This document shows, in pieces, positions 8,367 to 16,116 of a DNA stretch of 24,000 bases. The notes under the pieces were generated by a model, which made no database searches, was not told the DNA's origin, and was given only the letters and a program-made list of their open reading frames with translations. The first letter of the stretch is position 1, and every line of letters starts with the position of its first letter. This DNA is from Alginatibacterium sediminis (GTDB taxonomy: Bacteria > Pseudomonadota > Gammaproteobacteria > Enterobacterales > Celerinatantimonadaceae): positions 783,755 through 807,754 of the forward strand of contig NZ_RAQO01000004.1 in assembly GCF_003610775.1 (NCBI RefSeq), written 5' to 3'. Both the position numbers and the translations under genes were made by a program.

Positions 8367-9803
8367 TTGCAAAGCAAAATCCCCTTGCAACTGCTGCAAA
8401 TGTTAAATATGCCGCTTGATGCACAAGTAACTCAAGAGTTTATAGCGATCAGTGAATTGCCCCTTCGTTTAAGCGTGAGAGTAAATCCGCTAAAAATGAG
8501 TATCGCTGACTTTCAGGCTTTAGCTCTTAGTCAAGGCTGGTCTCTACAAGCTATCCCTTGGTGCGAGACTGGTTTTTGGTTGCGATTAAACGACCAAGAT
8601 CAGGGGAAGCTTGGCAATCTGTTAGAACACATATTAGGTTGTTTTTACATTCAAGAAGCCAGTTCAATGCTTCCAGTAGAGGCCCTGTTTCACCAGCTAA
8701 ACAGCATAGACATTAATACTTGTATCTTAGACGCCGCTGCTGCACCTGGTTCTAAAAGCACGCAGTTGGCTGCTCGTATGAACAATCAAGGTTTACTAGT
8801 GGCTAACGAATATAGTGCCTCGCGCTTGAAAGGTTTATATGCCAATGTCTTGCGTTGCGGTATTAGTAACACCGCACTAAGTCATCACAATGCTGACGTC
8901 TTCGGTTCGTGGTTACCAGATAGTTTCGACGCCGTGCTATTAGATGCCCCTTGCTCCGGAGAAGGTACGTATAGAAAAGATCGTAAGGCCTTTAATAATT
9001 GGAGTTTAGAGTCCGTTAACAGTATTGCCCAGTTGCAAGAAAGCCTTATCAATAGTGCCTACCAAGCCTTGAAACCTGGTGGCGTATTAGTCTACTCAAC
9101 CTGCACCTTAAATCCAATTGAAAATCAGCAGGTCGTCCAATCCTTACTTAACGATTATCCACACCAACTCGAAGCGATTGAATTGACGGAGCTTTTCGAA
9201 GGAGCACACCAATGTAGAAGCGACAATGGCAGCTTATTGGTAATGCCGCAAGTTTTTGACAGCGAAGGCTTCTACATCGCTGCGCTGCGTAAATCCCCTA
9301 ACGCCCCTTTACAAACACCAAAGCAACGAAAAGCTCGTGACAGTGGTTTCAAACCGGTTAGTTCAAAACAAGCAGAAACGATACGTAACTATTTTGAGAA
9401 CCAATTCGGATATCATTTTAATGCTTCTCCGAATTTGTATAACCGAGACAATGAGTTTTGGTTATTCGCTAAACCAATGCAAACACTAGAAACTAAGTTA
9501 CGCTTCTCTCGCCTAGGCTTAAAATTAGCTGACCAACATAAAAAAGTGGTGCGGGCGACTCATGAAGTGGCTATGGCATTAGGAAATGACTTTAAACACA
9601 ACTGTATTGAATTAAGCCGCAGCCAATGCATCGAATACTTACAGGGCAAAGATCTACATGGAGTTGATGGGTTAGAAGAATTGAGTAGCGGTGACATTTT
9701 GATACGCTATCAAGGGCTTAGTGTTGGTCTTGCCAAAAACTTGCAAACGCGGCTTAAAAACGCCCTACCTAGGGATTTAGTCAAAGATGCTAAAATCTAT
9801 TAA
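8367..9803 (+). CDS. rsmF: 16S rRNA (cytosine1407-C5)-methyltransferase RsmF (YebU)
   Basis: The 478-aa protein has SAM-dependent m5C methyltransferase motifs (DAAAAPGSKSTQLA, LLDAPCSGEGTYRKD, VYSTCTLNPIENQ). It follows yebS-yebT, as in E. coli. The start is either TTG at 8367 or ATG at 8400. Confidence 0.9.
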   Translation: MQSKIPLQLLQMLNMPLDAQVTQEFIAISELPLRLSVRVNPLKMSIADFQALALSQGWSLQAIPWCETGFWLRLNDQDQGKLGNLLEHILGCFYIQEASSMLPVEALFHQLNSIDINTCILDAAAAPGSKSTQLAARMNNQGLLVANEYSASRLKGLYANVLRCGISNTALSHHNADVFGSWLPDSFDAVLLDAPCSGEGTYRKDRKAFNNWSLESVNSIAQLQESLINSAYQALKPGGVLVYSTCTLNPIENQQVVQSLLNDYPHQLEAIELTELFEGAHQCRSDNGSLLVMPQVFDSEGFYIAALRKSPNAPLQTPKQRKARDSGFKPVSSKQAETIRNYFENQFGYHFNASPNLYNRDNEFWLFAKPMQTLETKLRFSRLGLKLADQHKKVVRATHEVAMALGNDFKHNCIELSRSQCIEYLQGKDLHGVDGLEELSSGDILIRYQGLSVGLAKNLQTRLKNALPRDLVKDAKIY

Positions 9804-9864
9804 GACACGATAAGCACAAGCAGCAAAAATTGCGTAATCACAATTCCAAACTATACTTAACTGT

Positions 9865-9971
9865 AATAACGCAGCGTTGGTTGGCCTCTATAGCCTGCGT
9901 TTGTTAGCGCAAGGCTCAGCAATGAGCATTCCCCTGGGCTTCACTTATGGACTAGAGTGAAGCCTTTTTTT
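9865..9971 (+). ncRNA. Candidate small RNA or structured rsmF 3'UTR element (hypothetical)
   Basis: A possible sigma70 promoter is present: TTGCGT at 9830-9835, a 16-nt spacer, then TATACT at 9852-9857. Three stem-loops follow. The first is AACGCAG/CTGCGTT (9868-9874 pairs with 9895-9901). The second is GCTCA-GCAA-TGAGC (9914-9927), which has a GNRA loop. The third is the terminator hairpin with its T-run. No ORF is present. Confidence 0.3.
9937..9971 (+). terminator. Rho-independent terminator downstream of rsmF
   Basis: GGCTTCACT (9937-9945) pairs perfectly with AGTGAAGCC (9956-9964) around a 10-nt loop, followed by TTTTTTT (9965-9971). Confidence 0.85.
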
Positions 9972-10044
9972 GTGCCTTCTTTAAACTATACTTGCTTCAT
10001 TAAAATAGCGCTGAATAAATTCACGTGGCTCTATTAGTTCACGA

Positions 10045-11277
10045 CTACGCTCTTCTTTGTCTAAACGCTGCCATCCCCGATGCAAACAGTGTGTCAAAAA
10101 CAGTTTTCCAAGCAGTGAGTTTTAAATTAGGTGCTTTGCCCTTAGCAATACGATGAATCTGAGTTTCATACCACGTTAGACCCAGCATAACCATACGATC
10201 AATCTTAGGCTTTCCCGTTGTTGGCTCGGTTAGTTTTAATCGATAATTGGGGTCATTAAGTACTTTGTTGGCCATGTCTGTAACGACTGCTAAGGGCCGA
10301 GCTAGTCCAACCATATCTGTTGCGCCACTGCTAATAGCGTCTCGCATTGCTGCGCTACTACGAAAGCCTCCGGTAACCACCAATGGTGTGTTCACACGCT
10401 CGCGCAGGCTTTGCGCATAACTTAGAAAATACGCCTCTCGTTTAGCGGTTCTGTCTGCAACTTTATGCCCCATCATCGAAGGACTCTCATAAGTGCCGCC
10501 CGACACTTCGATTAAATCAATACCTAGATGCTCCAGCTCTTTAACCACCAAAGACGATTCATCTTCACTAAAACCATCCTTCATAAAGTCTGCTGAATTA
10601 AGCTTGATGCCAATCGGGTAATCGTCACCAACCACAATTCGGATTTGAGTATAAATTTCTCGCAGAAAGTTCATTCGACGATCACTGTTACCTCCCCAAA
10701 AGTCTTCACGCTGATTATGACGAGGCGACAAAAATTGGCTGACTAAATACCCATGTGCACCGTGGATCTGAACGCCATCAAAGCCGCACTGTTTGGCAAG
10801 TAAAGCTGCATTAGCAAACCGTCGTACAATGGCATGAATCTCGCCATCTTCAAGTGCACGTGGTCGATTGAATCCTTTAGCAAGCCCTGCGCCCAATGAT
10901 ATTGCCGAAGGTGCAACTGGCGTTTTTGCCAAAAAGCTTGGTATTTGTTTACCGGGATGATTAAGCTGTGCCCAAATCGCGCCGCCACCGGCCTTACCAG
11001 CACTACTCCATTGTTTAAAAGCGGCTAAATCACTTTTCTCATCAAGAACAACGTTTGCCGGCTCACCAAGCGCCGTTCGATCAATCATAATATTTCCAGT
11101 AACCGAAATACCTAATCCTCCTTCCCCCCATGTGCGATAAAGTGTTTCAAGGCTTGGTTTTGGATTGTGATTTTTATCACCTAATTGTTCGCTCATGGCT
11201 GACTTCATAAGTCGGTTGCGAATAAGGGCTCCGCAAGGTAAGCGCAGTGACTGCTCAATTTCAGAATGAGTTTTCAT
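10045..11277 (-). CDS. NADH:flavin oxidoreductase, Old Yellow Enzyme family
   Basis: The 411-aa protein carries OYE-type TIM-barrel motifs (LRNRLMKSAMSE, WAQLNHPGKQ, GFDGVQIHGAHGYLVSQFLSP..N.R.D.WGG, GGF, DMVGLARP). I place the start at the ATG at 11277 (MKTHSE), 7 nt after AAAGG. The 75 extra N-terminal codons in the ORF track have no homolog-like character. Confidence 0.85.
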   Translation of the reverse strand: MKTHSEIEQSLRLPCGALIRNRLMKSAMSEQLGDKNHNPKPSLETLYRTWGEGGLGISVTGNIMIDRTALGEPANVVLDEKSDLAAFKQWSSAGKAGGGAIWAQLNHPGKQIPSFLAKTPVAPSAISLGAGLAKGFNRPRALEDGEIHAIVRRFANAALLAKQCGFDGVQIHGAHGYLVSQFLSPRHNQREDFWGGNSDRRMNFLREIYTQIRIVVGDDYPIGIKLNSADFMKDGFSEDESSLVVKELEHLGIDLIEVSGGTYESPSMMGHKVADRTAKREAYFLSYAQSLRERVNTPLVVTGGFRSSAAMRDAISSGATDMVGLARPLAVVTDMANKVLNDPNYRLKLTEPTTGKPKIDRMVMLGLTWYETQIHRIAKGKAPNLKLTAWKTVFDTLFASGMAAFRQRRA

Positions 11278-11402
11278 GGGTGAACCTTTTTGGTATGGAA
11301 GGCGATTATCGTTATTGCTAAGGCAAAGAACAAGCGTGCAATATTTTTGGATGGCAGTAGGCATCTTAATGGTAACCAGTAGCGCCGGTTCTGTAGTTTG
11401 CG

Positions 11403-11430
11403 AAATTGGCACCAAGAGCTCGTGCAATTT
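11403..11430. promoter_or_regulatory. Imperfect 28-nt palindrome upstream of the OYE gene (candidate operator or hairpin)
   Basis: The sequence is AAATTGGCAC-CAAGAGCTC-GTGCAATTT, giving 9 paired positions with one bulged G. It lies about 125-150 nt upstream of the OYE start codon. Confidence 0.25.
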
Positions 11431-11619
11431 ACTTCGACTATTTTGCGTATGTGTAGTATTCGGATAGCTCACTATTTTTAAGATTTTCATCAAAGAACAC
11501 AAGGCTAGCCGAATTATTCTACAATACGAGGTCTGGATGCGTTAAAAGCCAAAGTTCTCTTGGTCGCCACAACAATCTTTAATTAGTGGTGTTATAGCAA
11601 CGACGTTTGCTCGGCAATT

Positions 11620-12024
11620 TTACTTTTCAGGTCCCTTTTCAAACTGCTTATGTTCATCGTTTATGTCAAACCATGGTGCTTTTGACGCGACAAAAATGTG
11701 AAAATTAGGCTGATGCGAAGGCGTACTGTCTAAAATTCCTAGTCGGATATTATGTTTGCCACCTGCAAGTTTTCTAGAAAACAAGCTTGAGCCACAGCAT
11801 TTGCAAAACGCTAGTTCTGTTTCAGGGCTTTTGGCATAGATAGACACATACTGCTCTCCTGACTTAAATCTAAATTTGTCACTACTTAAACCACCCACTG
11901 ACGAGTAATCGGAACCGGTAAATTTTCGGCATTGCGAGCAATGACAGTTTCCCATGTAGTCGAAGTCATCTGGAACTTCAATCTCAATTTTTCCACACAA
12001 ACAAGATCCAGTTAACATGTTCAT
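11620..12024 (-). CDS. GFA-family (glutathione-dependent formaldehyde-activating / CENP-V-like) Cys-rich zinc protein
   Basis: The 134-aa protein shows the family cysteine pattern: CLCG near the N-terminus, CHCSQCRK, and CKCCGS. Confidence 0.8.
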   Translation of the reverse strand: MNMLTGSCLCGKIEIEVPDDFDYMGNCHCSQCRKFTGSDYSSVGGLSSDKFRFKSGEQYVSIYAKSPETELAFCKCCGSSLFSRKLAGGKHNIRLGILDSTPSHQPNFHIFVASKAPWFDINDEHKQFEKGPEK

Positions 12025-12152
12025 ATTGGTTCCAAATGCTAGTGATTTATTAATGCTGTAATCACGATTAGAGTAAGCCGAAAGCCTAAGAACGAAGAAT
12101 TAAACAAAGCGATGTCATAACTCACCGCTCTACGTTAGCTATAGGCTTACCT

Positions 12153-12782
12153 TTAATTTGAACGGGTAACAATCACTTTTAAGCCCAATGCAATCATTGC
12201 TCCGCCTAAGACACGATCAATCATATAGCCCATTTTTTTAAACTTATTGTTTATCTTCGGATAGGACAACAGCGAAACAACTAACGAAAACCACGCAAAT
12301 TGAATGAGCATCATCCATAGTCCGTAAAGTGCGATATGGTGCATCGGTATATCGGGAGACAGAACCAGGGTAAATAGTGATACAAAGTATATAGGAGCTT
12401 TAGGATTGAGCGCATTACATAAAAAACCGACACCAATACTCTTCTTGGCAGAATACTTTATAGCACTTTTAGTTTGAGAATCTTGGTCTAACGACGGTTT
12501 GGAACGAAGTCCTTTTACACCTAAATAGATAAGATAAGCGCCGCCTAACAATTTAATTGCCCAAAGCGTATTAGAGGAGTTCGCAATAATAGTCGCTAGG
12601 CCTAAGGCTGAATAGATAATATGTATAGAAAGACCAAGAGCAATTCCAATGCTACACATTAAACCTGACTTTTTGCCATTAGATATTGTTTGTTGTGATA
12701 CCAGAACGAAATCAGGCCCCGGTGAAGCAGCTGCCAATATATGGATAGATGTAATTAGCAACAATCCTTGTAAAAATTCCAT
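12153..12782 (-). CDS. LysE/RhtB-family amino-acid (or metabolite) exporter
   Basis: The 209-aa polytopic membrane protein has the family N-terminal signature (ILAAASPGPDFVLVSQ) and about six hydrophobic segments. Confidence 0.85.
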   Translation of the reverse strand: MEFLQGLLLITSIHILAAASPGPDFVLVSQQTISNGKKSGLMCSIGIALGLSIHIIYSALGLATIIANSSNTLWAIKLLGGAYLIYLGVKGLRSKPSLDQDSQTKSAIKYSAKKSIGVGFLCNALNPKAPIYFVSLFTLVLSPDIPMHHIALYGLWMMLIQFAWFSLVVSLLSYPKINNKFKKMGYMIDRVLGGAMIALGLKVIVTRSN

Positions 12783-13095
12783 TTAAACTCCAGGTTTGTT
12801 TTTCATCAGCATTCCGCGCTGAATCAATAGCATATACGAATGGAACCAGAATGCTAGGCTTCAGCATTCCGATTACCTAGTTATTCTTCCAATAACATTT
12901 TGTATATAGGCGATAGAAACACTGAACTCTAAAAGCTACATAGGCCTAAGAACCTAGGTTAAACTCAGTGTTCTAAGCCTACACAGTTTCAAGAATTTGA
13001 TTAAGGAAAGATAGCTCTGGGTTTATGTTTATAAACTAGAGATGCTATCTATAATTTATATCATTCGGGATTTGTATATACATCAACACTACTAA

Positions 13096-14091
13096 TTAAT
13101 TAATACCTGCCTGTTGCTTATCCAAGCTTAATACAACTATCCCTAGACGCTGTTCACTTTCAACGCGTTGATGGGCTTCAACAATTTGTTCCATGCCATA
13201 GATGTTGTCTAGCGCTGGCATTATCGTTCCAGCTTCAATCATGTCCTTAAGTTCCACTAGCTCTTGCTCACGTTCACCAGCGAAAGCAAATATGACCAAT
13301 TTATCGCCAAACCAGGAGCTAAACACTGACCTGAACATGTCGCTTATCCTTGGATTTCCTAACAAATAGCGACCACAGGGCTTAAGCACGCCAATACAAC
13401 TTGTATAAGAGCTTTGGGCAACCATATCCAAAATGACGTCATAGCGTTCTTTATCCTTAGTAAAGTCCTTGTCATTGTAATCGATGAAATGATCGGCACC
13501 GATGTTGCGAAGCATTGCTTCTTTAATACAACTATCAACGGCTGTCACATCAGCACCCATTGATTTGGCAATCTGCACCGCGAAGGTCCCAATACTGCCA
13601 CCGGCTCCATTAATTAGCACCGTATCGCCAGTTTTAATCTTAGCTTTCCGCATAAAATGAAGAGCATTTAAACCACCTAAGGGAACAGCGGCAGATTGAA
13701 TAAAATCAATATTGTGAGGTTTTTTTACAATTGTATAATCCGATGGCAAACAGATATATTCGCCATAGGCACCCATTTTCAATTGGGTAGACCCGAAAAC
13801 TTGATCGCCTACTTTAAATCGAGTGACTTTGTCACCCATAGACTCAATTTCACCAGCAAAATAGCCGCCTAAAACTTGTCGCTTAGGCTTGAATAAACCT
13901 AGTCCTAATCTAAGTGGCACCCAAAACCACTTCACTGGGAATTTAAAACTACGCAACTCGCAATCAGCCTTAGTAACTTCAGCCGCAAATACTTTGATAC
14001 AAACTTCGTCCGCTTTTGGCTGTGGTTTTTCTATGTTTTTAAGCTTCAACTCTGATGCAGAACCATAGTTGGTATATACAACCGCTCTCAT
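13096..14091 (-). CDS. NAD(P)-dependent medium-chain dehydrogenase/reductase (quinone oxidoreductase / alcohol dehydrogenase-like)
   Basis: The N-terminus has a GroES-like fold (MRAVVYTNYGS..L.L....P.P..DEV.IKV) and a Rossmann motif (INGAGGSIGTFAVQIAK). I place the start at the ATG at 14091, 6 nt after GAGAGGA. The upstream TTG at 14109 in the ORF track would include that Shine-Dalgarno sequence. Confidence 0.85.
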   Translation of the reverse strand: MRAVVYTNYGSASELKLKNIEKPQPKADEVCIKVFAAEVTKADCELRSFKFPVKWFWVPLRLGLGLFKPKRQVLGGYFAGEIESMGDKVTRFKVGDQVFGSTQLKMGAYGEYICLPSDYTIVKKPHNIDFIQSAAVPLGGLNALHFMRKAKIKTGDTVLINGAGGSIGTFAVQIAKSMGADVTAVDSCIKEAMLRNIGADHFIDYNDKDFTKDKERYDVILDMVAQSSYTSCIGVLKPCGRYLLGNPRISDMFRSVFSSWFGDKLVIFAFAGEREQELVELKDMIEAGTIMPALDNIYGMEQIVEAHQRVESEQRLGIVVLSLDKQQAGIN

Positions 14092-14416
14092 GGGTATCCT
14101 CTCAAACAAACTTACTCATTATTCTATTTGTTTATCTTCTACTATCACTTATCCCAGCCTCAAAAAAAGTGTCATGAGCTTAGTGAGTAACTGGGATTTT
14201 CCCTGAACTAAGAAATTCTATAAACCGATAATGACGAGCAGCTAATCAATAGTCAGGTACTAGCAGCAAATTAAAACAATTAAGTTCATATCTGCTGATT
14301 AGCAAAGCTACTATTCGTCGGCTAAAACATGATTTGACACTTTTTTAATATTAGCAGACTAATGCCAATTACTTGGGCATTTAGAGCAATATCTTAGACC
14401 TGCTAACAAACAAAGC

Positions 14417-15196
14417 TTAGCGTTGCGCAAACTTGAACAGCTCGAAAAAGTTATCACTTGTTTGCTGACAAAGCTGGGTGTAACTCAGCCCTTTTAAACG
14501 CGCCATAAAGTCAGCAACATCCGCTGTATAAGCTGGCTGGTTCTCCTGTCCACGGTGCGGGATCGGAGCCAAATAAGGGGAATCAGTTTCTACTAAAATT
14601 CGTTCTACTGGAATGTGGGTAAACACTTCTTGCAATGCTTTAGCATTTTTGAAGGTAACAATGCCTGAAGCTGAAATATAAAAACCCATCTCCATAGCTT
14701 GCTCGGCTAATTCAAGATCACCAGTGAAACAATGTAGCACCCCACCAACGCGTTCAGCTCCTGCGTGTTTGAGTAAACGCAAGGTGTCTTCTTTAGCATC
14801 ACGAGTATGAATAATCAGCGGTTTTTTTGTCGCAACGGCAACGTCGATATGCTGCTCAAACATTGCAAGTTGCTGGTCTTTGTTATCCGGGCTATAGAAG
14901 TAATCTAGACCAGTCTCACCAACAGCAACAACTTTAGGATTGCTGCAAAAGTGGTACAAGCTATCAAGGTCAGCCTCTGAATCTTTTAGATACAAAGGAT
15001 GAACACCACAACTTGCAAAAATTTCTTTAAATGGCGCAATCAACTCAAGCATCGACTCAAAGCTTTCTAGATTTATACATACACTTAAAAAGTGTTCCAC
15101 TTTGCGAAGCTTAGCTTTGTTTACAACGTCGGCTAAGTCAATATGAATGTCGTTGTAACTTAAACGGTCTAAATGGCAATGAGAGTCGACTAACAC
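14417..15196 (-). CDS. ycfH: TatD-family metal-dependent hydrolase/DNase (YcfH)
   Basis: The N-terminal motif is LVDSHCHLD, with conserved H/E/D metal ligands (GETGLDY, IHTRDA, HCFTG, ETDSPYL). It follows holB, as in E. coli. Its GTG start overlaps the holB stop. Confidence 0.92.
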   Translation of the reverse strand: MLVDSHCHLDRLSYNDIHIDLADVVNKAKLRKVEHFLSVCINLESFESMLELIAPFKEIFASCGVHPLYLKDSEADLDSLYHFCSNPKVVAVGETGLDYFYSPDNKDQQLAMFEQHIDVAVATKKPLIIHTRDAKEDTLRLLKHAGAERVGGVLHCFTGDLELAEQAMEMGFYISASGIVTFKNAKALQEVFTHIPVERILVETDSPYLAPIPHRGQENQPAYTADVADFMARLKGLSYTQLCQQTSDNFFELFKFAQR

Positions 15197-16116
15197 GTTA
15201 ATTCCTGCATGTCTTGTAATAGGTTTAGAACTTGAATTTCGGTATTAAGACCTAGGCTAATTCGAAACTCACGTTTGAACTCAATAAGCCGTTGGTAGCG
15301 ACGCATCAATATCTGTGATTTGTCTTGAGCTGCCTTATTATTGTTACCAAGGGTCGATTTAAGTGAGGATTGTTCATGCAAAATAAGCGCATCAATAGCC
15401 CAAGGCATAGACTTATCATTGAGCATTTTGATAATGTCATTAGTTGCGTTGGCTTGCCAAAACTCAATAAGCGATTGTAATTGTTTTTGTTGCCCACTAC
15501 GCACGAACTCTAAAAGCTCGTACGGAGCGCCTCTACACAAACGATAGCAAAGATCAAAACCAGGCAATTGACTTGACCGCCCTTGCTTGTTGTCGCTCAG
15601 CCATTGCATACACTGCTGCTGGTTTGGCCCTTCAACAACCCAAAACTGAAAGCGACTTTGTATGGTTGCGATAAGCTGTTGAGTACGAGGATCATAGGCC
15701 AAAAAGTAACTATTGGTGTTAGGCTCTTCAATTGATTTTAGTAGTGCATTTGCAACCGCAATACTAAAGGTACTCAGGTCACCAAGGTAAACAACTTTGG
15801 CAACTGAAATACTTGGTTTGCTCGATAACCATTGTTGTAAGTCTCTAACATCATCAATACTCGCCGCCTTATCACTCTGCCCTAGCCTACGAAATTCAGG
15901 ATGGCTACCCGCAATATATAGCTCACAGCTATGGCAGTGACCACAAGGCAAACCGTTTTTAGACGACAAACACAACAATGATTGTGCTAGTGATAGCAGT
16001 AGCTTTTGTTTACCCAAGCCCTTATCACCACGCAATGCCAACGCATTCGGCATTCGCCCTTGCTTAATGTTGCTATGTGCGATGCTTTGCAAATTTTCAA
16101 GCCAAGGTTCTATCAT
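15190..16116 (-). CDS. holB: DNA polymerase III subunit delta'
   Basis: The 308-aa protein has a degenerate AAA+ P-loop region (GDKGLGKQKLL), a zinc module (CGHCHSCEL) and an SRF/SRC-type motif (TIQSRFQ). It sits between tmk and ycfH. Its ATG shares one base with the tmk TGA. Confidence 0.9.
   Translation of the reverse strand: MIEPWLENLQSIAHSNIKQGRMPNALALRGDKGLGKQKLLLSLAQSLLCLSSKNGLPCGHCHSCELYIAGSHPEFRRLGQSDKAASIDDVRDLQQWLSSKPSISVAKVVYLGDLSTFSIAVANALLKSIEEPNTNSYFLAYDPRTQQLIATIQSRFQFWVVEGPNQQQCMQWLSDNKQGRSSQLPGFDLCYRLCRGAPYELLEFVRSGQQKQLQSLIEFWQANATNDIIKMLNDKSMPWAIDALILHEQSSLKSTLGNNNKAAQDKSQILMRRYQRLIEFKREFRISLGLNTEIQVLNLLQDMQELTC

Noticed and set aside
11278-11502. A 75-codon in-frame N-terminal extension of the OYE ORF, and the antisense 63-aa ORF at 11276-11467.
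   Set aside because: OYE homologs begin near the MKTHSE...LRNRLMKSAM region, and an AAAGG Shine-Dalgarno precedes the ATG at 11277. The extension peptide (MCSLMKILKIVSYPNTTH...) has no domain-like character. The open frame is mildly surprising in AT-rich DNA, but I cannot support it as coding.
12080-12980. A shared word GCCTAAGAAC...TTAAAC at about 12084 and about 12945, a related GTTCTAAGCCT at about 12970, and similar GG(T/A)(T/A)CCA(G)AATGCTAG strings upstream of the GFA and LysE genes.
   Set aside because: The matches are short (10-12 nt), imperfect and in AT-rich spacers. I cannot tell them apart from chance without a genome-wide count, so they are not reported as a repeat family.
9804-14416. 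Reading the accessory segment as a classical genomic island, prophage remnant or defence island.
   Set aside because: It has no integrase, transposase, tRNA attachment site, flanking long direct repeats, or nuclease, helicase, toxin or other defence-type domains. The gene content is metabolic.
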